Below, piece by piece: positions 7,413 through 16,089 of a stretch of DNA of 20,000 nt; within the stretch, counting starts at the first letter, position 1, and each line of letters begins with the position of its first letter. The DNA comes from an uncultured virus (IMG/VR IMGVR_UViG_3300030098_001091) (Duplodnaviria; Heunggongvirae; Uroviricota; Caudoviricetes). The stretch lies in IMG/VR virus record IMGVR_UViG_3300030098_001091; one strand, written 5' to 3'. A program made the translations under genes and the position numbers. A model generated the notes under the pieces. The model was not told where the DNA came from. It made no database searches and was given only the letters and a program-made list of their open reading frames with translations.

Positions 7413-8999
7413 TTATACTCCTTGTGCTTGCTGTATTGCTGCTTGGACATTTTGTCCACCAGTTTCTTGGATATCTTGCTGGGCGGCATTAGCTACAGCC
7501 CCCGTAATAGCTTGATTCATCATTAATTCGTTTTGCTGAGCACTCTGCATTTCTGCTTGTGCTTGTGCAATCTTCATTTGTTCTTCACGAACCTGCTGCT
7601 CAGACTTAATCCAAAGATCTGCATTAAAGCCCAGTGAAGTAATTAAAGCACGACCATATTGATCCCACTTAAACATCATAGCTGCTGGCTCAGGAAGGTT
7701 TCTAACCATTTCACCCATATGCATCAGCTTTTGAAGATCAGAATCTCGGCTAAGTGCCTGAAGACCTGTAACGATTTCGATATCAATTAATCCTTTTTCC
7801 TTACTAAACATATCCGACAAGCGGGAATCAACCTCATCATTAGTAATCATAAGGAAGACGCTTCTAGAAACAATGGGTTCCATTAAGTCTCTAGCAATAG
7901 CGGAGAAAGCTCCACCGAGAACATGCTCAAGCTCTTGTCCAATCATACGCACAGCAGTTGCAGTAACTCTCTCACCTTGAGGAATACTAGCACTGTCTAA
8001 CAAGAATGCCCGACCAAGTTCTTGTCTTAGAATGTTTACACCAGCTTGGGTATGACCAATCTGGGGATTCATTGTAGTAGCTGGAGAGACAACATGCACC
8101 TCGTTGGGTCTTGCTCCGATCCAGCCACCTGTTGGTGTTCCATTAATATCATCAACCTCAGCCATACCCGTAGGATCGACAGCCATCCAGAAGATTGAGG
8201 AAGCAGTAATGCCATTTATCAAGCCTTCAGTAAATCCTTCAAGAGCTTTAATATCACCGATTAAATCTTCACAGTGACTTCGGCCATAGTTCTCGCCCGG
8301 AATACCAGACCACCTAAGGACAACGAAAGGAGGCACAGAATATTCACCTGAGTTTAAGACATTACCATCTTTATCTTCCGTCCAAGAATCCCAGACATCG
8401 CCCCTCTTACATACCTTAGTATATAAGGGTCGATACCCACTTCGATTATCCATGTCCATCGACGTGGTTAGTAGTTCCGCACTGTCCATTTCTTCATCAA
8501 GAGTTTCATACTCTTTGTAAATCAATTCTTCAACATCACCATAGACATCACGTCTTACGACGAAGCGATCAATGCGAACAATACGGAAGTTCATATCATC
8601 TTCCATAATAAGCATAACATCTCCTACGACAATTAAGTGTTGAAGGAGTTGGTAGATAGTTTCTCTAAGATTACCACTACTTAATTTATTATAGACTTGA
8701 TAACTTAAATTATTTAAATAAGATTCTACCTCAACCTCAGGCTGTATCCCTGAAAGTAACTCAAACCTAAAGAAAGGAGTATCATTTAATGGAAGAAGTG
8801 CCGAAAGCATTCTACTTGCCATTGCGGTTACGCCCCTTGCAGCAGTAGAACTATAAGGCTGGGGTAATTGATCTTGCTCAGTCCAGCCTGCGGGAGGAAG
8901 TAAAGAGGGTACTGTCAAACTAGAGCAATATCTTGCCCGTTCTAACTTATTAAGTCTAAGGGCATCTAAGGCTCTAAAGCGATCTGCTAATGTTGACAT
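7413..8999 (-). CDS. Head-tail connector (portal; T7 gp8-like)
   Basis: 528 aa; T+PSLLP, PY.S..ARGV..+AS++L.AL.P...PFFR, RW....GE.YGRS, ERVTAT.+R....ELE..LGG.+S, TGL.AL.R. Confidence 0.96.
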   Translation of the reverse strand: MSTLADRFRALDALRLNKLERARYCSSLTVPSLLPPAGWTEQDQLPQPYSSTAARGVTAMASRMLSALLPLNDTPFFRFELLSGIQPEVEVESYLNNLSYQVYNKLSSGNLRETIYQLLQHLIVVGDVMLIMEDDMNFRIVRIDRFVVRRDVYGDVEELIYKEYETLDEEMDSAELLTTSMDMDNRSGYRPLYTKVCKRGDVWDSWTEDKDGNVLNSGEYSVPPFVVLRWSGIPGENYGRSHCEDLIGDIKALEGFTEGLINGITASSIFWMAVDPTGMAEVDDINGTPTGGWIGARPNEVHVVSPATTMNPQIGHTQAGVNILRQELGRAFLLDSASIPQGERVTATAVRMIGQELEHVLGGAFSAIARDLMEPIVSRSVFLMITNDEVDSRLSDMFSKEKGLIDIEIVTGLQALSRDSDLQKLMHMGEMVRNLPEPAAMMFKWDQYGRALITSLGFNADLWIKSEQQVREEQMKIAQAQAEMQSAQQNELMMNQAITGAVANAAQQDIQETGGQNVQAAIQQAQGV

Positions 9000-9006
9000 A
9001 GTTTAT

Positions 9007-9381
9007 TTACTCCGGTCTCGATTCTTCAATAGTAGTATCAGGTGCCTGACCAGCAGCTAAGGCTCCCCACATAGCGGTTCGTCTTCGTTCTTTATCTTGC
9101 TGGGCAAGATCAGTTTCGGGAGTAGCATATTCAGCCGCAGCTTGTTCCTGTTGCTCTAAGGCAGCTACCCTATCAGCCTCTTGTCTCTTAGTAAGCTCAG
9201 CCATCTGTCCTTCCTGAGCTTTACGTTCTCGCTCCATATCAAGCTGGAATTGTCTAGCCTTAGCATCTCTTTCTTCAGCTAATAGATTTTCTTGCTCAAG
9301 CAAAGATTGACGATCTTCCATGGACAAGCCACCTGAAAATTCTGCTCCTCCAAAAAATAATGGGTGTGATCTATAAGCCAT
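9007..9381 (-). CDS. Hypothetical coiled-coil protein (T7 gp7.3-like position)
   Basis: 124 aa, helical and Q/E/A/R-rich; TAATG coupling with the upstream gene; directly before the portal gene. Confidence 0.7.
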   Translation of the reverse strand: MAYRSHPLFFGGAEFSGGLSMEDRQSLLEQENLLAEERDAKARQFQLDMERERKAQEGQMAELTKRQEADRVAALEQQEQAAAEYATPETDLAQQDKERRRTAMWGALAAGQAPDTTIEESRPE

Positions 9382-9860
9382 TAGTAGGGTCTCCTCTGTG
9401 TTGTATCTCTATTGGTTGGTCCAACACCACGACCCTGCTGTGGCATAGTAGGAATAGTAGGCATTGCTTTAGCTCTTCGGCTTAAGGCTGAAAGTTTTTC
9501 TCTATCAAAAGATGCGTCGGTTTTCGTAGGCTTCTCATCAATCTTTTTCCTAACCGCTTCCATTTCTTCTTGATGTCTCTTTTGACCTAGGATTTTTTTC
9601 TCTCTAAATTCTTTTTCAGATTTAGCGATTTCAGTTTTATGCGTTGCTTGTAAGACCTTTAGATCTTTTTCTGCTTGAATTCTTTCCCTTGCACTTGCGG
9701 ACTTTAGCTTAGCATTTAGTTCAGCCTTTTCCTTTTCATATTGAGCAATTGCTTTAGCCCTAGCTTCTTCTTCTTGTTTCTCAAAATTAATCTCGTCTAT
9801 ACCGAGGGCATCTCCAACAGAAGAAAGGATACTACTAAGTAAATCACCTAAGTCTCCCAT
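9381..9860 (-). CDS. Hypothetical coiled-coil protein (T7 gp6.7-like position)
   Basis: 159 aa, K/E-rich coiled coil with amphipathic N-terminus; AAGGAGG RBS. Confidence 0.72.
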   Translation of the reverse strand: MGDLGDLLSSILSSVGDALGIDEINFEKQEEEARAKAIAQYEKEKAELNAKLKSASARERIQAEKDLKVLQATHKTEIAKSEKEFREKKILGQKRHQEEMEAVRKKIDEKPTKTDASFDREKLSALSRRAKAMPTIPTMPQQGRGVGPTNRDTTQRRPY

Positions 9861-9864
9861 AAGG

Positions 9865-10056
9865 CTACCTCCTTTTCTGTTGTAGGGTTATTAAAGATTC
9901 AATTGCTGCGATGGCTTCGTCGCGACCATATTGTACAGCAAGTAAGCGAACAAGCTCGTCATTTGTCGCTTCTGGGTCGTACTTTGGAGTTGAAAACTTT
10001 TCCTTCAGATACTGAACCAGTTCCTTGTCTATCTTCGGAACTCTTTTCCAATCCAT
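9865..10056 (-). CDS. Small protein resembling T7 gp6.5 (63 aa)
   Basis: Start MDWKRVPKIDKELVQYLKEKF at 10056 with GAGGAG RBS; P.+.+....YL...F and a later G....+..+ match the gp6.5-like pattern and position. Confidence 0.65.
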   Translation of the reverse strand: MDWKRVPKIDKELVQYLKEKFSTPKYDPEATNDELVRLLAVQYGRDEAIAAIESLITLQQKRR

Positions 10057-10180
10057 GTAATTTCTCCTCAAGGGATTCTATTTGTAAGATTAGCTCACGA
10101 AGACACAAAACGACTTCCGCGGGAAGGACGTGTCCCCCCATTTGAACTTTTCTTTTAATAGTCTCAAAATTATGTTGCAT
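9959..10180 (-). CDS. Hypothetical 73-aa protein overlapping the gp6.5-like gene
   Basis: GGAG RBS 7 nt upstream; starts within the end of the RNR gene; coiled coil LRELILQIESLEEKL. Confidence 0.55.
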   Translation of the reverse strand: MQHNFETIKRKVQMGGHVLPAEVVLCLRELILQIESLEEKLHGLEKSSEDRQGTGSVSEGKVFNSKVRPRSDK

Positions 10181-12098
10181 ATGTATTCTCCGTTATGTCA
10201 ACAATTTCACAAGCCCCTCCATGACAGGCTAATTCCTTTGAGTTAGTTGTCGTGTCTTCTTGTTCATAGTCAGACAGTTCCGACCAGTCCACATTCTCAG
10301 GCATCTGTGCCATAAGGTTTCTATATGTAGACTCATCAATAGATTCGAAGGGAGCTTGATCATAAATGTTGTCATCCTTAGGAAGGAAAGACACACCACT
10401 CACATAGTCCCAATTATTCCAGACCCAATTACCAACTTCCATAATGTTGTCATCATTATATGATACGGTAATACTTGGCTTATGGTCGCACCAAGTCTTT
10501 TGATATTCTAACCAAACCTCAAGGTGCTGTACAGGATCCAGATCATCTTGGATAAGACATCCACTAGGAGATTCAATTGGGAAACTAAAGACCTTAGTGA
10601 TATCAGGCTGAGAAACGCAAGATTCATATGGTATTCCTTGATCAATCATGAACTGACAAATAGGATCCTTTGTATCTACACGAACCCTACGAATATAGTA
10701 TTGGGAATATCTTGGATGCATTCCAGACGATGTGCCCGCAACGCAGGAAGTAGTGCCACTCGGCTTACAACAAGTAATTGCAGCCGAATGCCCAATACCT
10801 AGGATATCAGCATAAGTTGTATTCCAAGTCTGAGCACACTCGTGTAACTTAGACAAGGCATTTCGAAGCTTGGGCATACCTAACTGACCAGACATTAGTT
10901 TATGGTCAAAGATACCGGTAAAGGATACGCCAAGTAGTCTCTCGTCCTCACAGTTAATCTTCCATTCTTTATTAAGATAAGGAAACTTAGTACAGTTAGA
11001 CTGAATTGTTCCCAGTAAAGTAGCAAGCTTAACCTTACGCATCAAAGCATCCACTGATTCACCTTCCCTGATAACCACCTCTGTTAAATTACAGAACTGA
11101 TTAGGTCTTAAGATAATCTCACTACAGGGGTTGGTACCCCAGTCGGAAGAAGGATCTCGGCCCACACGCTCAGCAAGCATGGACAGGGCTTCTCGATTGC
11201 AGATACCACGCTCGCCAGAGCGGGAATTGTACATAGCCGTCCACTCATCCAAGAATTCAGACATGGAAGGCTTGGATGTGTAGACTGCTGAGTTATTGCT
11301 GAGGCGACGATGGCCTGCTGCCTCCCACCACGGCCCGGACTTGGCAGTTGCCATTTCACGGTCGTGTAAATCACTGAGAGAAATCAGGGCAGATCGTCGG
11401 ACAGCTCCTGCAATCACGATTTCACCGATCATGCAGACAATATCATGAACCTCGATAGACTTGAGATGTCTACCCTTGGCCTTATTAAAGACATTCACAA
11501 CATATCGGAACAGCTTCTCCAGAGGCTCCGGGCCTGAGGCTCGACCTCCAAAGGTCTTAAGCCTAGCTCCAGCCGGACGAATCTTATGAGTATCCCAAGT
11601 TGGGTGAACACCCTGATACAGCTTCGTAAGCAGGGAATAAAAAGCATCTGCCCATCCTTCTCGGGAATCCTCAACCAGAATCACATCACCCTCAAGACGA
11701 GTAATGTCCTCTGGTACTTCTGGAAGCATTGAAATATACTTCTGTTCACAAGAGAATCCCACTCCTGTACCGCAGCACAGGATATACATAATCTCTGAGA
11801 AACTATGAATGTCCTTTACAGCGACATACGAGCAGTTATACATGCACGTATCATCCACATCAGCAGCTGGGCCTGCCGTCATAAGGGCTCTCATACTAGG
11901 GAAGATCTCTAAATTCTTCGTAGCTTCTCGGGCATCCTCAATATCCTGCTTTAATTCCCCAGTAAGGGCCGTAGAGTACCTAGAAATCAGATAATCGTAA
12001 TATCTGTCGACGCATTCATCCCAGGTTTCTCTTCTCTGAAGCTCCTCATTCCACCGACAATACTTAGATGTCACTATAAATTGTTGAAAGTTATCCAT
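10170..12098 (-). CDS. nrdJ: Class II adenosylcobalamin-dependent ribonucleotide reductase (monomeric RTPR/NrdJ type)
   Basis: Likely start MDNFQQF at 12098 (642 aa); PSMRAL, NCSY, GTGVGFS, DSREGW, RP.G..LK.FGG.ASGP.PL, VRRSA, catalytic TNPCSEI, CNLTE, KPSGT and C-terminal shuttle cysteines ACHGGACE; no nrdB in the window. Confidence 0.9.
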   Translation of the reverse strand: MDNFQQFIVTSKYCRWNEELQRRETWDECVDRYYDYLISRYSTALTGELKQDIEDAREATKNLEIFPSMRALMTAGPAADVDDTCMYNCSYVAVKDIHSFSEIMYILCCGTGVGFSCEQKYISMLPEVPEDITRLEGDVILVEDSREGWADAFYSLLTKLYQGVHPTWDTHKIRPAGARLKTFGGRASGPEPLEKLFRYVVNVFNKAKGRHLKSIEVHDIVCMIGEIVIAGAVRRSALISLSDLHDREMATAKSGPWWEAAGHRRLSNNSAVYTSKPSMSEFLDEWTAMYNSRSGERGICNREALSMLAERVGRDPSSDWGTNPCSEIILRPNQFCNLTEVVIREGESVDALMRKVKLATLLGTIQSNCTKFPYLNKEWKINCEDERLLGVSFTGIFDHKLMSGQLGMPKLRNALSKLHECAQTWNTTYADILGIGHSAAITCCKPSGTTSCVAGTSSGMHPRYSQYYIRRVRVDTKDPICQFMIDQGIPYESCVSQPDITKVFSFPIESPSGCLIQDDLDPVQHLEVWLEYQKTWCDHKPSITVSYNDDNIMEVGNWVWNNWDYVSGVSFLPKDDNIYDQAPFESIDESTYRNLMAQMPENVDWSELSDYEQEDTTTNSKELACHGGACEIVDITENTYAT

Positions 12099-12108
12099 AA
12101 TTTGTTCT

Positions 12109-12855
12109 TTATACTCCAACTTTAGGTTCCCAGAGATGGATTTCACCGGTTTCATTGTCATAATCTCCATCTCGTAGGATCCTGACGCACCTTGCCATAG
12201 CTAATGCTAGCTCTTTTTCCTCCAGATCGCAAGTCTTTTTAGGAGTAAACTTCTTGTTCTCGTAAAGATTGAATATCTCTTGAACAGGATCGCCTTCCCA
12301 CTTCCTTAAAAAACTCTTAGCTCTCTTTGGTCCCACTCTCCACAACCCCGGTATATTATCAGTATTGTCCCCCGTCATCCACTGAATTAGAAAGGATTCC
12401 CAAGAATTTTCTTCAGAAATATAGACAGGATCCTCATCCTTATCAGGATTAAAGTGCCATCCCGGTACAGTTTTTAAGTCTTTGTCTATAGTAACCGCAA
12501 TGGCTCTGCCTGATGACGCGGCCATACCCATAATATCATCTGCTTCCAGTCTTGGGATTTCTTCAGTTGTGTATACCTCTCGAATATAATCCTTAATTTC
12601 CCCTAAATACTCTGGAGTAGATTGAGTATCTCGGGTTGCCTTATAGATAGGCCAAAAGTCTCTTCGATAGTTATCATTTCTACTACAAGATAAAGCCATC
12701 GTAAACTCCACGGCTTCAGTAGGTAGCCAATTTTCCAAATATTCTTCGATAATCTGGGGGATAAAAGCTGGGTCATCTGTCTCAGCACGAAAGGCGGTTC
12801 TGTACGCGATTATATCTGCGTCAATCACTGCCGTTGTCGGGAGGGTATTCATCAT
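12109..12855 (-). CDS. 5'-3' exonuclease (T7 gp6-like)
   Basis: IDADI+AY, N+R......YK..R, LEADD+MG, TIDKDL.T+PG.H, GD.TDNIPG...+G.K.A; start codon uncertain (12852, 12855 or 12867). Confidence 0.92.
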   Translation of the reverse strand: MMNTLPTTAVIDADIIAYRTAFRAETDDPAFIPQIIEEYLENWLPTEAVEFTMALSCSRNDNYRRDFWPIYKATRDTQSTPEYLGEIKDYIREVYTTEEIPRLEADDIMGMAASSGRAIAVTIDKDLKTVPGWHFNPDKDEDPVYISEENSWESFLIQWMTGDNTDNIPGLWRVGPKRAKSFLRKWEGDPVQEIFNLYENKKFTPKKTCDLEEKELALAMARCVRILRDGDYDNETGEIHLWEPKVGV

Positions 12856-13576
12856 CTTCTTCACCACCTAAATCTTTAATGATTTTATCGATTAGTTCGG
12901 ATAACAGTTCTTCAATTTCATATTGAGTGAACGGCTCATCCTCATCTTCTTCATAACTATCGAGGTTAAAGGTCAAGCTAGACGCTTGAACTCCCGTCCA
13001 AATTGGGGACATAACCTTTGCCTTAAGTTTAAGTGCTTCCATATTATCGTCGTTCAGTATATGGTAATCAAACCACTTTGCCTTTTCTTCGTCACCTTCC
13101 ATGATAGCATTTGCTAATGCTTCTGAGTGATGGTTTCTCCAATCAGCATCAGACATCGGCAATTCTCTATCCCCCGGACTTAAGAAAACCATAGTAGCAT
13201 TGTACTTTAAACCTAGTCCCACTTCATTCTGATAGCGACAATCATCAACGATGACACAACGCTCCCAATAAGGATTACCCTTTTCTAAGTCAGACTTTTC
13301 AATAGAGGCTAATCTTTGTAGGTCTTCTTCAAAGAGATTGACCCAATAGTCTGGATCTAATTCTCTCTTAATAGCACCCATCTCTTGGCAATACTCCCGA
13401 TACTTAAGAGGTTGTTCTTCCTTAGAGTACCCTTTACTGATAGCCTCCTTCTTTAAAGGATCAGCAAAAGACATAAGCTTAGGTACTAACCCAAGATCAA
13501 ATGCTTCTTTAGCTATCAGATGGGCTAAGGCTGTCTTTCCTACCTGAGCCGGTCCAGAAATGATTATCAACTCCAT
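12821..13576 (-). CDS. Deoxynucleoside monophosphate kinase-like P-loop protein with acidic C-terminal tail
   Basis: Likely start MELIIISGPAQVGKT at 13576 (Walker A); SFADPLK, R...Q..G...R..DPDYWV, V+VDD.RY.NE and H.SE motifs of phage dNMP kinases. Confidence 0.85.
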   Translation of the reverse strand: MELIIISGPAQVGKTALAHLIAKEAFDLGLVPKLMSFADPLKKEAISKGYSKEEQPLKYREYCQEMGAIKRELDPDYWVNLFEEDLQRLASIEKSDLEKGNPYWERCVIVDDCRYQNEVGLGLKYNATMVFLSPGDRELPMSDADWRNHHSEALANAIMEGDEEKAKWFDYHILNDDNMEALKLKAKVMSPIWTGVQASSLTFNLDSYEEDEDEPFTQYEIEELLSELIDKIIKDLGGEEDDEYPPDNGSD

Positions 13577-14063
13577 CTTGAAGTTCCTTGTATAATTTAT
13601 GTGGAGCAACATGGAGATCCACGGTGTATCCACAGAATCTGAGTAAATAAGAAACAGCCAAAGCACATGTCATTGGCTGATATGTTTTAGATAAGTGCCT
13701 TCCTATAACCCACCAGAATATATTCTCATAGAAGGGGGATAGTTTAAACTTAGGTCTATCCACGAAGGAGGATATTTGAACTAAACTGACGGGGGAAATT
13801 CCCAATTCAACTTTCTGTGTATCAATAGCTAATTGCTGTTGTTTTATAACCCAAAGATATTTTTCATAGTCTACTAAGTACATTCCTCCACGAGGATTGA
13901 TCACGTAGATAAATTTCTTATCTTCCTGTTCAAATATAACACTGCAATGTGCAATCTTCTGCCATGAGATAAACTGATACAGTCTAGTTCTCCATGGTCG
14001 TTCTGCTGCTTCCCTATAAAACACACAGGAAATTTTGGTTGGGCTTAGGAAGGGACTTTTCAT
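13509..14063 (-). CDS. Putative permuted papain-like (NlpC/P60, YiiX-like) enzyme
   Basis: 184 aa; His precedes Cys (IAHCSVIF ... MTCALAVSYLL ... APHKLY..L), the order and context of circularly permuted NlpC/P60 proteins; ATGA coupling with the upstream gene. Confidence 0.5.
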   Translation of the reverse strand: MKSPFLSPTKISCVFYREAAERPWRTRLYQFISWQKIAHCSVIFEQEDKKFIYVINPRGGMYLVDYEKYLWVIKQQQLAIDTQKVELGISPVSLVQISSFVDRPKFKLSPFYENIFWWVIGRHLSKTYQPMTCALAVSYLLRFCGYTVDLHVAPHKLYKELQDGVDNHFWTGSGRKDSLSPSDS

Positions 14064-14389
14064 TGATACATTATAGTTAGATTCAGCATGACCGCTAAGG
14101 CATGTTCAATCTTAGCACCCTCAGATTTTTCCCAGCCTTCTAAACAATAAACAGCATCACACTTAGTAAGCTCAGATATATCCCGAGCCATCACTTTGCG
14201 AAGACCATCTCTTGATTGAAGCTCCTCATCAGACATTTTACTTTCTTTATCCAAGTTAACTGGATTAACGATAGTATAATAGATTCGTTTACTTCTGAGA
14301 TAATCCTCAGCCTTCATAAAAGCCTCACGATTGAGGTTCTTATGTCCTCGCATCGGTCCTGCGATATAAATATTCAATTCGTTATACAT
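14060..14389 (-). CDS. DUF4406 / nucleoside 2-deoxyribosyltransferase-like protein
   Basis: Start MYNEL at 14389 (TGATG overlap with the polymerase stop); IYIAGPM.G....N..AF, +NP, M..D+..L..CDA+..L.GWE.S.GA..E..+A. Confidence 0.85.
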   Translation of the reverse strand: MYNELNIYIAGPMRGHKNLNREAFMKAEDYLRSKRIYYTIVNPVNLDKESKMSDEELQSRDGLRKVMARDISELTKCDAVYCLEGWEKSEGAKIEHALAVMLNLTIMYQ

Positions 14390-16080
14390 CAATGACACTC
14401 CGACCAATTCTTTCCGATACGGTATTCACCGTCCATACGAACTCGGCAACCTAAGATCTTTCCAGACCTCTGAATTGCATTGCATCCTAGCTTACCAACA
14501 ATGTCGGCAATGATAGGATCGCACTCTATTTGCCACTCATCATGGACTGTTGCCATGAAGTTATATTGATTATAGTATGGCTTGAGATCTCTTTCAAGTA
14601 AAATCTGAGCTAACTTCATAATCATAGCACCGTCACCCTGAATCTGTACATTCAAGGCTTTGTGACCTGAGCGGCAAGGAACTTCCCGACCATCCAGCAA
14701 AGTTATTGTACCCTTGTTAGCTACTTGCCATTCAACATTTGCGAGCAATTGCTTTAGGGCAGGCATAGCTTCTAGGTAACGGTGCTTGATAATCTTTCCT
14801 TGTTTGGCATTCGATCCGATGATCTTGCCAATCTTCATATCCCCGGCTCCATAGATCAGGGCATAAAAGAATGTTTTAGCAGCATCCCGAGAAGGAAGGC
14901 CAGCTTTCTTTTGATTTACACTGTGGATATCATCATTAAGAACAGTATCCCCAAACTCTCCGTCATCCCATCGAGCCATTCGGGAGGCCAGTAGCCTAGC
15001 TTCTAGTCCAGAAGCATCGATACCAACCTGTACCCAATCTTCCCGAGGAACAAACAAAGCCCTAGCTCTAGGATCACCAGATACTTGTTGTAGATTAGGC
15101 TGAGAAGCCGTCATTCTACCTGTTACAGTACCTTGTGTATTGACTGAGCCATGCACACGGGCATCTCTAGACGTATTAGCCCTAAGAATCCAGTCTTCAA
15201 TTTGCCCTAACAGTTTAGTGATATAGAAATACTCACATAGTTGTTTAGCTTCAGGGAAGTTTAGAGACTTTAGAACTGACTCATCAACTTTGGGATTGCC
15301 CTTGTCAGTCTTAGGGGCTACCCAGTTATACTTATCACCCAATCTTTCAGCGATTTGCTTTCGAGAGCCGGGATTAAATACAGTGATCTTATCCTTAAGT
15401 CTCTTACCGGTCTTGTCTGACCACCGTTCTTCAATGATTGGTGGGAAGATCTGACCAAGAGTATCTTCAATCTGGACTTTCTCCATAAGAAGATCTCGTT
15501 CTAATTCTTCAGCAGCATCTAAGTCAAAGCCAAATCCATTGATGATTTGATTTGACACGATGTAAGCGATCTTATGCTCCATCTTTACCGACTTCATATT
15601 CTTAGAGGTAAAGGATTTCTGAGCATTATAAATGTCTACAGTAATAGAAACATCCTGATGACAATACGAGACCATCTCATTTGTTAGTGCTGAGAAATCA
15701 TGGAACTCAAGCTTATCAGAACCGAGATGCTTTCCCCATGCTTCTAGACTGTTATTGCCTAGAGGATGGTTTTGTCGATCCGGATACATAAGACGAGAAA
15801 CAATAAGTGTATCGTAAGCCTTAGTCTTTAGGGGGCCAACCAATCTTTCTACCATGGGTATATCGTACATGATTATATTATGTCCGATGAGCAGATCAGC
15901 TGAGTTCAGGTATTCTAAAGCTTCATCAAATTCACCGGGAAGAAACTCTTTCTTTTCTCCGGTGTTTACATCTTGTGTACAAATACAGAAGATTGTATCC
16001 CCTTCCTTTTCGGGTTTCCCCTTCTTGTTAATAATGACTTCGCTTAGGCCGTTAGCCTCGATGTCGAAAGCGAGTTTCAT
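14389..16080 (-). CDS. Family A DNA polymerase (T7 gp5-like) with 3'-5' exonuclease
   Basis: 563 aa; ExoI DIEANGL, ExoII GHNI..YD, ExoIII YC.QD; TGR....PNLQQ, motif A DASGLEAR, motif B RDAAKTFFYALIYG, motif C VHDE. Confidence 0.97.
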   Translation of the reverse strand: MKLAFDIEANGLSEVIINKKGKPEKEGDTIFCICTQDVNTGEKKEFLPGEFDEALEYLNSADLLIGHNIIMYDIPMVERLVGPLKTKAYDTLIVSRLMYPDRQNHPLGNNSLEAWGKHLGSDKLEFHDFSALTNEMVSYCHQDVSITVDIYNAQKSFTSKNMKSVKMEHKIAYIVSNQIINGFGFDLDAAEELERDLLMEKVQIEDTLGQIFPPIIEERWSDKTGKRLKDKITVFNPGSRKQIAERLGDKYNWVAPKTDKGNPKVDESVLKSLNFPEAKQLCEYFYITKLLGQIEDWILRANTSRDARVHGSVNTQGTVTGRMTASQPNLQQVSGDPRARALFVPREDWVQVGIDASGLEARLLASRMARWDDGEFGDTVLNDDIHSVNQKKAGLPSRDAAKTFFYALIYGAGDMKIGKIIGSNAKQGKIIKHRYLEAMPALKQLLANVEWQVANKGTITLLDGREVPCRSGHKALNVQIQGDGAMIMKLAQILLERDLKPYYNQYNFMATVHDEWQIECDPIIADIVGKLGCNAIQRSGKILGCRVRMDGEYRIGKNWSECH

Positions 16081-16089
16081 TTTCTACTC

